From NCBI GenBank assembly GCA_965208835.1, contig OZ242358.1, positions 1,472,001 through 1,536,000 on the forward strand: a stretch of 64,000 nt of DNA, written 5' to 3'. The notes under the pieces were generated by a model. The model worked only from the letters and a program-made list of their open reading frames with translations. It did not search any database and was not told where the DNA came from. The position numbers were made by a program, and so were the translations under genes. Positions 1-10,377 of the stretch are shown here, in pieces; positions within the stretch are counted from its first letter, which is position 1; each line of letters opens with the position of its first letter. The stretch comes from Candidatus Latescibacterota bacterium (GTDB lineage: Bacteria > Latescibacterota > UBA2968 > GCA-2709665).

Positions 1-28
1 GGAGCTGGAAAAAAGGAGACATACGGAA

Positions 29-1882
29 ATGAGCCGGACACTCAAAGACCTGATGAACGAGAGCTTCGCGGAACACGCGGATCGGACCGCCGTGCGCGTT
101 CTGAGGCAGTCCGATCAGCAGGGCGAACGGGGCTTGCGATACGTCCCGATGACCTATTCGCAGCTCCGGGAGCAGCGGGATCGTCTGGCGTCCGGACTGG
201 CCCGCGCCGGTTACGCAAAGGGCGACCGCGTGGGGATACTGACGGACGGCGGCCTCGAGCCTGTGCTGATTTTCCTGGCGGCGGATATGCTGGGGTTGTC
301 TTCCGTGCCGCTTTGCAACAAGCTGCCGGACGATATTCTCAAGTACATGATCGAGCATTCCGGCCTCGAGGTGCTCTTCCTGGACAGCAGGAGCCGCGAG
401 CAGGTGGATCGGATACTGCCGGATCTGGCCAAGTCCCCGAAACTGATCCTGACGGAAGGCCAGTCCGACGATATCCGGTCGTTTTTCGCCCTGGTTCAGG
501 ACGGAGGCGAGGCACCTCCTCCCGACGTGGAAATTTACCCGGACGACGAGTCGAAGGTGGTCTACACATCGGGTTCTTCCGGTCTGCCCAAGGGCGTCGT
601 GCAGACCCATCGCAACCTGGTGGACAACGTCAGGTCGGTATGGGACGGGATATCCAGCCGCGAACAGCCCGTTCTTTTCAAGTCAGCGCCGGACTACCAT
701 ACCATGGGCATCCTGAACATCTATTATCCCCTCCTGAAGGGATGGACGCTGGATCTCGCGCGTTCGCCGGACCGGGTGCTGGTGGACATTCGCTATTCCG
801 AGCCGCACGGCTTCCTGACCGTGCCGCTGATACTGGACAAGGTATATGGAAACGTGAGGAAGGAAATCGACGCGGGAGGCGTAAAGGGCCGGCTCGTGGA
901 GCGCGCGGTACGGGCCAAGCGGAACATCTCCAGAGGCACGTCGACGTTCGGGGACCGGGCCGTTTATGGCCTGATCGGGAAGAAGGTGGTCGCGGCGATA
1001 AAGGAAAAGCTTTCCCAGCGCGTGGGCGGACGGCTGGAACTTCTGATCGTGGGTTCAGCCAAGGCGGACCCCGAGGCGCTGGATTTCTTCCAGGACGTTT
1101 TGGATATTACTTCGCTCGAAGGGTACGGCACCACAGAGTGCTGTCCCCTCATCTCGGTCAATACGCTGGACGCGCAGAAGACGGGTACCGTGGGAAGGCC
1201 GCTGCAGGAGGTGAAGCTGGTGACCGAAGAGGGTGAGGAGATCGGGTCCGGCGATCCCGCCACGCACACGTACCGGGACACCAACGGGGAAGAGGGAGAA
1301 CTCTGGGTGCACGGGTCCCACGTGATGCGCAAATACCTGAACGATCCCGATCGTACCGCGGAAACGCTGGTGAAGGACGAAGCCGGCAAGACGTGGTATC
1401 GTACGGGGGACCTCTTCAGCATGGACGGTGACGGATACCTGACGTTTCGTGGTCGCCTGGGGCGGCAGTTCAAACTCAGCAACGGAGAGTTCGTGAATCC
1501 CGAAATGCTCGAACGACTGTACGCACGCGTATCGCTTGTGGAACACGTGATTATCTACGGCGATCAGAGCGGGTCCTTTCCCATGCCCGTTGTCACGGTA
1601 AACGTCGAGGAGGCGAGGACGTTATCCGATATCCAGGACCTGCCGGAGGACGATGACGCCGTGCGCAGGCATTCGGGCGTGGCGGATCGACTGCGGGAAC
1701 TCCTGCTGAACGAGGCGACGGCCGCCGGCTTGCCCGGACACGAGCGTCCCCAGAGGATTCTGGTGCTGCCCGACGCGCTCAGCGAGGAGGCGGGTACGCT
1801 GACGCGGGGCCTGAAGAAGGTGGTTCCGGGGGCGATTCTGGAACAGTACCGAGACAGTGTCGAGGCGGCGTATTCCAGTTGA
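29..1882 (+). CDS. Long-chain acyl-CoA synthetase (AMP-binding family)
   Basis: YTSGSSGLPKG P-loop, EGYGTTE and WYRTGD adenylation motifs; AAGGAG RBS upstream. Confidence 0.9.
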   Translation: MSRTLKDLMNESFAEHADRTAVRVLRQSDQQGERGLRYVPMTYSQLREQRDRLASGLARAGYAKGDRVGILTDGGLEPVLIFLAADMLGLSSVPLCNKLPDDILKYMIEHSGLEVLFLDSRSREQVDRILPDLAKSPKLILTEGQSDDIRSFFALVQDGGEAPPPDVEIYPDDESKVVYTSGSSGLPKGVVQTHRNLVDNVRSVWDGISSREQPVLFKSAPDYHTMGILNIYYPLLKGWTLDLARSPDRVLVDIRYSEPHGFLTVPLILDKVYGNVRKEIDAGGVKGRLVERAVRAKRNISRGTSTFGDRAVYGLIGKKVVAAIKEKLSQRVGGRLELLIVGSAKADPEALDFFQDVLDITSLEGYGTTECCPLISVNTLDAQKTGTVGRPLQEVKLVTEEGEEIGSGDPATHTYRDTNGEEGELWVHGSHVMRKYLNDPDRTAETLVKDEAGKTWYRTGDLFSMDGDGYLTFRGRLGRQFKLSNGEFVNPEMLERLYARVSLVEHVIIYGDQSGSFPMPVVTVNVEEARTLSDIQDLPEDDDAVRRHSGVADRLRELLLNEATAAGLPGHERPQRILVLPDALSEEAGTLTRGLKKVVPGAILEQYRDSVEAAYSS

Positions 1883-1939
1883 AGATGCTCGACAGAAGAG
1901 GCCTTCCGGTCAGTTAATGTCGTATTGAGGGATACAGGT

Positions 1940-2983
1940 ATGCCAGTTTTTTCCGCAGCCGAACTCCGTCGAATCGGGCGGGAGATCTACGAGCGCGCGG
2001 GCGCCACGCCCGAGGAAGCGGAAACGGTCGCGGGGCAGCTGGTGGAGTCCAGCCTGTCCGGCCACGACTCGCACGGTATACAGCGTCTGCCGCAGTACGT
2101 CGCGGGGGTGGAATCCGGACAGATCGTCCCCGGCGCCGTGGTCGAGGTGGAAAGGGAGTCGCCCGCAACGGCCGTGTTGAACGGGAACTGGGGGTTCGGT
2201 CACGTAACCGCCGTCGCCGCAATGGAGGCGGCCATCCGCAAGGCGCGCGAGGCCTCGCTGGGGCTGGTCACGGTCCACCGGTGCAACCACGTGGGCCGGC
2301 TGGGCGCTTTTTCGCCTCTGGCCGCCGAAGCGGACATGATCGGCATGCTGGCGAACAACGGTCACGGGGCCGATCTTGCGATGCCCCCGTCGGGCGGGAT
2401 CGGGAGAATACTCCCCGCGAACTGCCTCGCGGTGGCGTGTCCCTCCGCGGGGGAATTCCCGATCGCTCTGGATTTTACGACAGCGGTGGCGGCCGGAGGC
2501 AAGGTTCGTGTGACGCTGGCAAAGGGCGAACGGATGCCGGACGGATGGATGATCGACCACAAGGGTTATCCCACGAACGATCCGCGGGTGTATATGACGG
2601 AGCCGAAGGGTGCGCTGCTTCCATTCGGCGGCCCAGTGGCCCACAAGGGATACGGGCTGGCCTTCGTGATCGATATTCTCTCGGGCGCCCTGTCTCCGGC
2701 CGGGTGTTCGCGGGAGAATTCGAAGGAAACCGGCAACGCGCTTTTTGTGCAGGCAATAGACATCGAAGCGTTTCAGCCGCTTGAGGATTTCAAGGCCGAG
2801 GTAAAGCGGTTCGTCGACTACGTGAAGTCGGCCGAACCGGCGCCGGGGGCGGACGAGGTGCTGGTGCCTGGAGAGCGTTCGTGGCGCACCAGAAAGGAGC
2901 GATCGCAGTCCGGCATTCCCGTGCCCGACGCCACCTGGGCGCAAATTGTGGAAACGGGGCGAAAGGTGGGCCTCGAACTGTAG
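1940..2983 (+). CDS. Ldh_2 family oxidoreductase (malate/L-lactate/ureidoglycolate dehydrogenase type)
   Basis: GHDSHG, NHVGRLG, HKGYGL and VLVPGE motifs; ATG at 1940 preferred over TTG at 1925. Confidence 0.9.
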   Translation: MPVFSAAELRRIGREIYERAGATPEEAETVAGQLVESSLSGHDSHGIQRLPQYVAGVESGQIVPGAVVEVERESPATAVLNGNWGFGHVTAVAAMEAAIRKAREASLGLVTVHRCNHVGRLGAFSPLAAEADMIGMLANNGHGADLAMPPSGGIGRILPANCLAVACPSAGEFPIALDFTTAVAAGGKVRVTLAKGERMPDGWMIDHKGYPTNDPRVYMTEPKGALLPFGGPVAHKGYGLAFVIDILSGALSPAGCSRENSKETGNALFVQAIDIEAFQPLEDFKAEVKRFVDYVKSAEPAPGADEVLVPGERSWRTRKERSQSGIPVPDATWAQIVETGRKVGLEL

Positions 2984-3025
2984 GGGGCTCGGACTGTCGA
3001 ATCTGTCAGCCGGTAACGAAGGAGG

Positions 3026-4369
3026 ATGTTGGAAGTGTCAGACGAAATTCGATCAAGAGCCGAGGGCGCCCGGGCCGCTGCGCTGCAGTTGAGCCACGCG
3101 TCCGAGGGAGACCGTAACGCTGCCCTGGAAGCCATCGCACGGGGCCTTGAAGCCAATGCGGGCGCCATACTGGAGGCAAACCGGAGGGATCTGGAAGCCG
3201 CGGACGTCCTGCTGGCCGAAGGCAGGCTGACGGGCGCGCTGGTGGGGCGGCTGAAGGTGGATGAGGTCAAGCTGCGCAACGAAATCATCCCGGGCGTGCG
3301 TAGCGTGAAAGCACAGGAGGACCCCATTGGCCGGACGCTGGCAGCGACCGAGATGGACCAGGGTTTGAAAATGTACAAAGTATCTGTACCGATCGGTGTC
3401 CTGGGGATCGTTTTCGAATCGCGGCCTGACGCGCTCGTGCAGATCGCCACGCTTTGCCTGAAGTCGGGCAATGCTGTACTGCTCAAGGGCGGCAGCGAGG
3501 CGTTTCATACCAACCGCGCGCTGGCGAGCGTCCTCATCGGTTCCACGCGCGGCCTGCCCGGCATTCCTGACGGCTGGATGCATCTGATGGAGGCGCGTGA
3601 GGACGTGCAGGCAATTCTGGACCTGCACCATCTGATCGATCTCATCATCCCAAGGGGCGGCAACGAATTGGTTCAGTACATTATGCGGAATACCCGGATT
3701 CCGGTGATGGGGCACGCCGACGGCATCTGCCACGTGTACGTGCATGCGGCGGCGGACCTCGAGAAGGCGAAGCGGATCTGTCTGGATGCCAAAACCCAGA
3801 ATCCCTCGGGCTGCAACGCGGCTGAAACCCTGCTTGTTGACAGAGATATCGCGGGTGAATTCCTGCCGGAGATGGTCGGGATCTACCAGCGGAACGGCGT
3901 CGATGTGCGGGGCGACGATCTGACGCGAACGCTGGCGGGAGATGATCTACCACGGGCGACGGAAGAGGACTGGGGAACGGAATATCTCGACATGGTGATT
4001 TCCGTTAAAGTGGTGAACGGCGTTCGGGAAGCGGTCGATCATATCAACCGCTACAGCAGCAATCACACCGATACGATCGTCACGGAGGACAGGGCTGCGG
4101 CGGCCCGGTTTCTGCGCGAGGTGGATTCCGCGTCCACGCTGCACAACGCGTCGACCCGGTTTGCCGACGGTTACCGCTACGGCCTCGGCGCAGAGGTCGG
4201 GATCAGCACCAACAGGCTGCACAGCCGGGGGCCCGTAGGGCTTGAGGGCCTCGTAATCTATAAATACATCATTGAGGGGAACGGGCAGATTGCGGGCGAC
4301 TATATCGGAGAGGACGCGAGGGCGTTCACCCATCGACCCCTGTCCGAGACCTGGACTCCCGAAAGCTGA
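3026..4369 (+). CDS. proA: Glutamate-5-semialdehyde dehydrogenase (gamma-glutamyl phosphate reductase)
   Basis: FESRPD, KSGNAVLLKGGSEA, IPRGG, CNAAETLLV and NASTRFADG...GAEVGIST motifs. Confidence 0.95.
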   Translation: MLEVSDEIRSRAEGARAAALQLSHASEGDRNAALEAIARGLEANAGAILEANRRDLEAADVLLAEGRLTGALVGRLKVDEVKLRNEIIPGVRSVKAQEDPIGRTLAATEMDQGLKMYKVSVPIGVLGIVFESRPDALVQIATLCLKSGNAVLLKGGSEAFHTNRALASVLIGSTRGLPGIPDGWMHLMEAREDVQAILDLHHLIDLIIPRGGNELVQYIMRNTRIPVMGHADGICHVYVHAAADLEKAKRICLDAKTQNPSGCNAAETLLVDRDIAGEFLPEMVGIYQRNGVDVRGDDLTRTLAGDDLPRATEEDWGTEYLDMVISVKVVNGVREAVDHINRYSSNHTDTIVTEDRAAAARFLREVDSASTLHNASTRFADGYRYGLGAEVGISTNRLHSRGPVGLEGLVIYKYIIEGNGQIAGDYIGEDARAFTHRPLSETWTPES

Positions 4370-4378
4370 GGTCTTGAA

Positions 4379-7267
4379 ATGAAGTGTCTGCTGCGACTTT
4401 CCGTTCTGTCTTGTCTAATCCTGATCGGCGCGTGTGCGACGCCGCAAAAGGCCGCCCCTCCTCAGGCGCCAGAGCCGCCGCCTCCCCCGCCGAAGCTGCC
4501 GGTGGATCCCAATCTGAGGACCGGCGAATTGCAGAACGGCATCCGGTACATTATCCGAGAAAACAAACGGCCCGAGAACCGCGCCGAGCTGCGGCTGGTG
4601 GTGAATGCAGGTTCGATTCTGGAAGACGAGGACCAGCAGGGGCTGGCTCACTTCGTGGAGCACATGGCGTTCAACGGGACCCGGAATTTCCCAAAGCTGG
4701 ACCTGGTGAATTACCTGGAATCGATCGGCATGCGTTTCGGTCCCGACCTGAATGCGTACACGAGCTTCGACGAGACCGTGTACATGCTCCAGGTGCCCAC
4801 GGACAGCGCGCTGATTGTGACGCAGGCGTTCCAGATTCTGGAAGACTGGGCGTCGGGCATTTTGTTTGAAGCGGAGGAGATTGACAAGGAGCGAGGCGTG
4901 GTGATCGAGGAATGGCGATTGGGCCAGGGCGCGGGCGCCCGGTTGCGGGACAAGCAGTTCCCGATTCTGCTCAAGGGCTCCCGATACGCGGATAGGCTGC
5001 CGATAGGTAAAAAAGCCGTTCTCGATACATTCAGGCACGAGGCCGCGAAGCGGTTCTATCGGGACTGGTACCGCCCGGACCTGATGTCCGTCATTGCGGT
5101 GGGCGATTTCGAAACGGACTGGATCGAGGGGTTGGTTCAGACCCATTTCGGGCGGATTCCCGCGGCGAGCCGGCCCAGAGAGCGGACATTGCATCCGGTT
5201 CCCGGGCACGAGGAAACCCTGTTCGCGATCGCCACCGATACGGAGGCGACGCGGACGAACGTAAACATCTACTATAAGCAGCCCGTCCGGGAGCAGGACT
5301 CCGCAGAGGCGTATCGCCAGAACATCGTCGAGTCCCTGTACAACCGGATGCTGAACGCGCGGCTGCGGGAACTGACGAAAAAGCCCGATGCGCCTTTTCT
5401 GTTCGCGTACTCGAACCAGGGGCGCTTTATCAGGTCAAGCGAGTTTTACCTGCAGGGCGCCGTCGTCAGAGAAGGCGGGATTCAGAGGGGACTGGAGGCC
5501 GTACTCACGGAAGCCAGGCGGGTGCGCCTGCACGGGTTTACGGAGTCGGAACTCGAACGCGAGAAAACTGAGGCGCTCCGGGGGATGGAGCGTGCCTTCG
5601 CGGAGCGGGACAAGGTCCGGTCCCGCAGATATGCGTCCGAGTATATCCGTCATTTTCTGTCTGGCGAGCCGATTCCGGGGATAGAGCTTGAATACAGGAT
5701 GTTCCAGGAGATGGTTCCGGGGATCCGGCTTGCCGAGGTGAACCGCCTCGCCGGGGAATGGATCACCGAGCATAACCGCGTGGTTCTGGTCGATGGCCCG
5801 GAGAAGCAGGGCGTGACAATGCCAACGAGCGACGAGCTGGCCGCGGTTATCGCCGGTGTGAAACAGAAACAGATTGAGCCCTACGAAGACGCGGCCCTGG
5901 CCCGGCCGCTCGTCGAGTCTTCGCCAACGCCCGGCGAAATCGTCGCGGAGAAGAAGATAGCCGAACTGAACGTGACCGAATGGACGCTGTCGAACGGTGT
6001 GCGCGTTGTGCTGAAGCCGACCGATTTCAAGAACGACGAGGTAATGTTTTCGGCATTCAGCCCGGGCGGACACGGGCTGGTTTCGGACCAGGACTATCTC
6101 GCGGCCGCAACCGCGTCGGCCGTCGTCCAGGAAGGGGGCCTGGGGACCTTCAACGCGATCGGACTGGAGAAGAAACTGGCCGGAAAGGTGGTGAGCGTAT
6201 CCCCGTGGATCCAGGAACTGAGGGAGGGCATGAGCGGCAGCGCTTCCCTGAAGGACCTGGAAACGATGTTCCAGTTGATCTACCTGAGGTTTACGGCGCC
6301 CCGGAAAGATCCGGAAGCGTATCAGGCCTATGTGCAGCGCATCCGCGGATCGCTGGAAAACCGCAGCGCCAGCCCGGGGGCGGCGTTCGGCGATACAATC
6401 CAGGTAACGATGGCGCAGTACCATCACCGCGCGCGCGTCTGGACGGAAACGCTTCTCGATGAAATGAACCTGGAGCGTTCGTTCGAGATTTACAAGGACC
6501 GGTTCGCCGACGCGAGCGATTTCACGTTCTTCTTTGTCGGCAACATCGATCTGGAAGGCATCCGTCACCACGTAAAGACCTACCTGGGCGGGCTCCCCGC
6601 AACGCGGCGAAGCGAAACCTGGCGCGACGTGGGCGTACGGCCTCCCCGGGGCGTCATCGAAAAGACGATCCATAAGGGGCTCGAGCCGAAGAGCAGCAAC
6701 CGGATCGTCTTCACCGGGCCATTCGAATGGAGCCGGAAAAACAGCTACAACCTGGGGTCGGCAATCGACGTTCTCCGAATCAGGCTTCGCGAGGTCCTGC
6801 GGGAGGAGATGGGCGGGACCTACGGCGTGGGCGTGGGCGTTTCCACGTCTCGCTATCCCGAACAGCGGTACCGTATCCGGATCAGCTTCGGCTGCGCGCC
6901 CGACAGCGTCGAACAGCTGACGCGGGCGGTTTTCGCCCAGATCGACAGTCTCAAGCAGTTCGGCGCATCGGAAGCGAATATCGAGAAGGTACAGGAGGCG
7001 GACCGGCGCGCACGTGAAGCGGCGCTGAAGGAGAACGGGTTCTGGCGGAGGAGGCTTTCGTCCAGCTACTGGCTGGGACAGGACCCCGCCAACATCCTCA
7101 AGTACGACGATCTGGTCGACGGTCTGACGTCTGACATTGTCCGGGACGCCGCGCGGAAGCATTTCGATATGGAGAACTATGCGCGCTTCGTACTCTACCC
7201 TGAAAAGACGGAGGACGGTCCGACTGACGGAGACGGAAGTCCTCCGGAAAAAACCGACGGGTCCTGA
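4379..7267 (+). CDS. M16 family zinc peptidase (PqqL-like), probable lipoprotein
   Basis: GLAHFVEHM (HxxEH) and NAYTSFDETVY; LIGAC lipobox followed by a Pro-rich linker. Confidence 0.9.
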   Translation: MKCLLRLSVLSCLILIGACATPQKAAPPQAPEPPPPPPKLPVDPNLRTGELQNGIRYIIRENKRPENRAELRLVVNAGSILEDEDQQGLAHFVEHMAFNGTRNFPKLDLVNYLESIGMRFGPDLNAYTSFDETVYMLQVPTDSALIVTQAFQILEDWASGILFEAEEIDKERGVVIEEWRLGQGAGARLRDKQFPILLKGSRYADRLPIGKKAVLDTFRHEAAKRFYRDWYRPDLMSVIAVGDFETDWIEGLVQTHFGRIPAASRPRERTLHPVPGHEETLFAIATDTEATRTNVNIYYKQPVREQDSAEAYRQNIVESLYNRMLNARLRELTKKPDAPFLFAYSNQGRFIRSSEFYLQGAVVREGGIQRGLEAVLTEARRVRLHGFTESELEREKTEALRGMERAFAERDKVRSRRYASEYIRHFLSGEPIPGIELEYRMFQEMVPGIRLAEVNRLAGEWITEHNRVVLVDGPEKQGVTMPTSDELAAVIAGVKQKQIEPYEDAALARPLVESSPTPGEIVAEKKIAELNVTEWTLSNGVRVVLKPTDFKNDEVMFSAFSPGGHGLVSDQDYLAAATASAVVQEGGLGTFNAIGLEKKLAGKVVSVSPWIQELREGMSGSASLKDLETMFQLIYLRFTAPRKDPEAYQAYVQRIRGSLENRSASPGAAFGDTIQVTMAQYHHRARVWTETLLDEMNLERSFEIYKDRFADASDFTFFFVGNIDLEGIRHHVKTYLGGLPATRRSETWRDVGVRPPRGVIEKTIHKGLEPKSSNRIVFTGPFEWSRKNSYNLGSAIDVLRIRLREVLREEMGGTYGVGVGVSTSRYPEQRYRIRISFGCAPDSVEQLTRAVFAQIDSLKQFGASEANIEKVQEADRRAREAALKENGFWRRRLSSSYWLGQDPANILKYDDLVDGLTSDIVRDAARKHFDMENYARFVLYPEKTEDGPTDGDGSPPEKTDGS

Positions 7268-7337
7268 CGGCCTTCGGGACCTCTCCCACGGCCCCTTAAA
7301 AGCGGGGAGACGCAAGACGGAAGAGGGGGAGAAAACC

Positions 7338-7466
7338 GGGTAGACGGTAGACGGGAGACGGGAGAAGTTATCCTTGCCCGCTAGTGTATCCCTCCTTGCC
7401 TCCGGCAGGAAAAGAAGCCTCACAAGGCAGGTAATCTCTACCCTCTACCGGCTCCCGTCTCACCGC
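7338..7466 (-). repeat. ~130 bp dispersed repeat with inverted heptamer arms (family A, copy 1)
   Basis: (GGTAGAC/GGGAGAC)n left arm and (CTCTACC/GTCTCAC)-type right arm; reverse complement of the core matches the copies at 27107, 27429 and 29338. Confidence 0.8.
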
Positions 7467-7623
7467 TTTTGGTCTTCCCGCTACCCGCATTCAGGCTTTT
7501 AGTGGCCAATTTGCCTTGTTTCTTTTTTCCAATTGAGTTTTAAGTGCAGCGAAGTCCCGGCGTGTCCAGATGCCGGGACTCATCTTTGATGTCAGACCGG
7601 GTTTCCCGATTGAAAGGTAATCG

Positions 7624-8658
7624 ATGGCGAGATTCGCACGGGCCTCGGACGTGAGGACAGGGGTGGTCGGATACGGCGCGGCCTTCGATATGGGTCGGAG
7701 GCATCTGACCGATACGCGGAAAGCGGGCATGACGCCCTGCGCGGTCGCCGAGAAGGATCCGGAGCGTCTGGACGCGGCGGGACAGGATTTCCCCGGTGTC
7801 GAATTGTACCCCACCGTCGATGAGATGCTACGAGAGTCGGACGTGAATCTGGTGGTGCTGATTACGCCGCACAACACCCACGCGGAGCTGGCCCTGCAGT
7901 GCCTTCGTGCGGGACGTCACGTGATCAGCGAGAAGCCGTTTGCCATAACCACGGAAGAATGCGACGCCATGATTCGCGAGGCCGGGGAGCGGGACCTGCT
8001 GGTCACCGCGTACCACAACCGGCACTGGGACGGCTGCGTCCTGGAAGCGCTCAAGCATCTGCATGAAGAAAGGGCAATCGGCGAGATCTACCGCGTCGAC
8101 GCCAGGATTGGAGAATACGGTCACCCCGGAGACTGGTGGCGGAGCTGCCGGTCGATCTCCGGGGGGATCATGTACGACTGGGGGGTACACCTGCTGGAGT
8201 ACGGGCTCCAGATCATACCCTCGGACATTGTCGAGGTCTCCGGGTTCGCAAAGACGGGCTTCTGGGCCGGCGACACGCCGTGGAAGGACGATACGAACGA
8301 GGACGTGGCGTGCGCGGTGGTCAGGTTCGAAACCGGCGCATGGCTGAGTCTGACGGTGTCTTCTCTCGAGACGAATCCCAGGCCGGGACAACTGGAGATC
8401 TCGGGAACGGGCGGGAGCTATGTTTTCGACGGTCGCAAGTACGAGATGATACGCCGGGAAGGAAAGCGGCGGGTGGTGACGAAGGGCGCCAATATGCCCA
8501 GCCGGTGGGAAGCGTTCTACGGTAATATTTCCCGTCACCTGACCGAAGGCCAGACCCTGGTGATCACGCCCGAGTGGGCCAGGAGGCCCATTCACATTCT
8601 GGACCTCGCCGCGAAGAGCGCGAAGCAGGGCAGGGCGATAAAGGCCCTGTACAAGTAG
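7624..8658 (+). CDS. Gfo/Idh/MocA family oxidoreductase
   Basis: VVGYG Rossmann start; HVISEKP, YHNRHWD and DWGVH motifs. Confidence 0.9.
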   Translation: MARFARASDVRTGVVGYGAAFDMGRRHLTDTRKAGMTPCAVAEKDPERLDAAGQDFPGVELYPTVDEMLRESDVNLVVLITPHNTHAELALQCLRAGRHVISEKPFAITTEECDAMIREAGERDLLVTAYHNRHWDGCVLEALKHLHEERAIGEIYRVDARIGEYGHPGDWWRSCRSISGGIMYDWGVHLLEYGLQIIPSDIVEVSGFAKTGFWAGDTPWKDDTNEDVACAVVRFETGAWLSLTVSSLETNPRPGQLEISGTGGSYVFDGRKYEMIRREGKRRVVTKGANMPSRWEAFYGNISRHLTEGQTLVITPEWARRPIHILDLAAKSAKQGRAIKALYK

Positions 8659-8820
8659 ACAGTCCGCTGGAAAAGTCGCTCTGTAGGCGAGGGCGAGCAA
8701 TCGTGACCGAAGACAAGGCGCGCGACCGAGTCCCATCCTTCGATTCGGCGAGGGAGCGCAACGCAGTCCTTCGGCCGCGAGAGCCGGCCGCAGCCCGGAT
8801 GGGCTTTTTCAGCGGGCTGT
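8659..8820. mobile_element. MITE with IS5/IS1182-like terminal inverted repeats
   Basis: ACAGTCCGCTGGAAAAGTC ... GGCTTTTTCAGCGGGCTGT; internally deleted relative at 61688-61767. Confidence 0.7.
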
Positions 8821-8834
8821 TAAGGGGAACCGTG

Positions 8835-10157
8835 ATGAAGAAGGATGTGCGGAATTCGTACTGCACCGTTCCATCGGTGCATCCGCCTCCCGACGTGACC
8901 CGGATGCAGGGTTATGCCTCCCGACTGAGCGCGTCGCCGGACGACAACATTGCGTTTCGGATGACCACCGTAGCACGGAAATACGACGTGTCGTTCAGGC
9001 GTGTGGGCAAGACCGCCGCGGAGATCGGCGAGTTGAAGGGGATGCACGGGCGGCTGCAGGCCTGTCCCGACAGGGCCTGGGAGAACGGCTGCGACTGGGA
9101 GTCCGACTTCTTCTGGATTGTACCGGAAGAAACCCGCTCCTGGATCTACACGGCCGAATTCACGGACGGGAAAGGCGTGACGTTTCACGTTCCATTTGTC
9201 GTCAAACCCTATTTTCACCGGAAGGGTGACGTGGCGGTGCTGGCCTCCACCAATACGTGGAATGCATACAACGGGTGGGGGGGCAAGTCGGCCTATAGCG
9301 AGCCCCTGCCCAAAACGCTGAGCCTGGATCGGCCCATGCCCACGGAAGCGCCCGAAGGCACGGGCCGAAGCCACCTGCTGAGGGGCGAGATGTGGGTCCT
9401 GGACTGGATGGAGGAATGCGGTTACGCCGTGGACGTCTATTCGGACACGGATTTACATCGGGGATGGGACTGGTTGGCCGATTACAGGGTTCTGGTGATC
9501 AATACGCACAGCGAATACTGGTCCGAACCCATGCGGGATCATCTCGATGCGTGGCTGGATGCGGGCGGCTGTCTGCTGTATCTCTCCGGGAACGGGGTCT
9601 ACTGGAAAGTGACGTGGGACTCGACCTGCCGCACCATGGAGGTCCGGAAGGACGGCAAGCCGCATTACCAGAACGGCGAAGAGGGCGGGCTGTGGCGAAA
9701 CCTGGGCCGGTGCGAGCATGCGGCGCTGGGTGTGGGGTATGTGCGTCCGGGATATATGACGTTTGCGCCCTATAAGGTCGAAACAGCCTCACATTGGGTA
9801 TTCGAGGGCCTGGAGCTCACGAACGGCGATCTGATCGGCGAAAAAGGCATCTACGGCGGTGCGGCGAGCGGCTGGGAGGTGGACCAGGTTCGGGAAGAAT
9901 GGTCTCCCGGGAACGTCACCGTGCTGGCGCGGGGAATCAACCCGCTGGATTTCATGCCGCCAGGAGCATCGGCGGTCTACCCGGACGACGAGTACGATTG
10001 GGACGGGTCGGGAGGCGGCCACATGACGTATTACGACCATCCCGGCGGGGGCGGCGTCTTTTCGGTGGGGTCGATCGCCTTTGGGGGCAGCCTGGTCGTC
10101 GACCCGGTTCTGCAGAAAACCGTGAGAAACGTTCTCGACCGGTTTCTACGCCAATAA
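8835..10157 (+). CDS. N,N-dimethylformamidase beta-subunit-like protein
   Basis: NTWNAYNGWGG, HSEYWS, YLSGNGVYW and GGVFSVGSI motifs; the ORF-track extension to 8574 runs through a MITE, so start placed at 8835 after an AAGGGG RBS. Confidence 0.75.
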   Translation: MKKDVRNSYCTVPSVHPPPDVTRMQGYASRLSASPDDNIAFRMTTVARKYDVSFRRVGKTAAEIGELKGMHGRLQACPDRAWENGCDWESDFFWIVPEETRSWIYTAEFTDGKGVTFHVPFVVKPYFHRKGDVAVLASTNTWNAYNGWGGKSAYSEPLPKTLSLDRPMPTEAPEGTGRSHLLRGEMWVLDWMEECGYAVDVYSDTDLHRGWDWLADYRVLVINTHSEYWSEPMRDHLDAWLDAGGCLLYLSGNGVYWKVTWDSTCRTMEVRKDGKPHYQNGEEGGLWRNLGRCEHAALGVGYVRPGYMTFAPYKVETASHWVFEGLELTNGDLIGEKGIYGGAASGWEVDQVREEWSPGNVTVLARGINPLDFMPPGASAVYPDDEYDWDGSGGGHMTYYDHPGGGGVFSVGSIAFGGSLVVDPVLQKTVRNVLDRFLRQ

Positions 10158-10349
10158 ACCTTGATTCGTAAGTCTTCGGGGACGTTAATTCGAATCTATA
10201 CTTGTAAATAAAGGCGATTAGACGGCTGATTACCAGGATACACCAGGTCACTGGACGTGAAGGAAGAAAACGTCCTTCTTAACGTCGATAACGCCCCGTT
10301 TCGGAGGGTTTTATCGCGTCGCCGCGTTGCTGTTTTTTCGGATTGAGGT
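10158..10349 (+). mobile_element. ~190 bp MITE-like repeat (family B, copy 1)
   Basis: Imperfect TIRs ACCTTGATTCG / CGGATTGAGGT; aligns with 48664-48857 and, inverted, with 56781-56995. Confidence 0.8.
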
Positions 10350-10377
10350 AAATGGCGGGTCAATGGAGGATACAAAG

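Noticed and set aside
4379-7267. PQQ biosynthesis system (PqqL/PqqF-like protease plus PQQ-like propellers)
   Set aside because: No pqqA-E genes; the protease is an exported lipoprotein 30 kb from the propellers; the radical SAM enzyme is HemN-like, not SPASM/PqqE.
5435-7423. Long antisense or alternate-frame ORFs (also 27836-29023, 38876-40693, 49273-50727, 51596-52855 and many shorter ones)
   Set aside because: They shadow well-supported genes in GC-rich DNA and show no recognisable motifs.
8574-8834. N-terminal extensions in the ORF track (also 27746, 37875, 40850, 48050, 50897, 61691, 63053)
   Set aside because: They run through repeats or neighbouring genes; downstream starts have better RBSs and match family N-termini.
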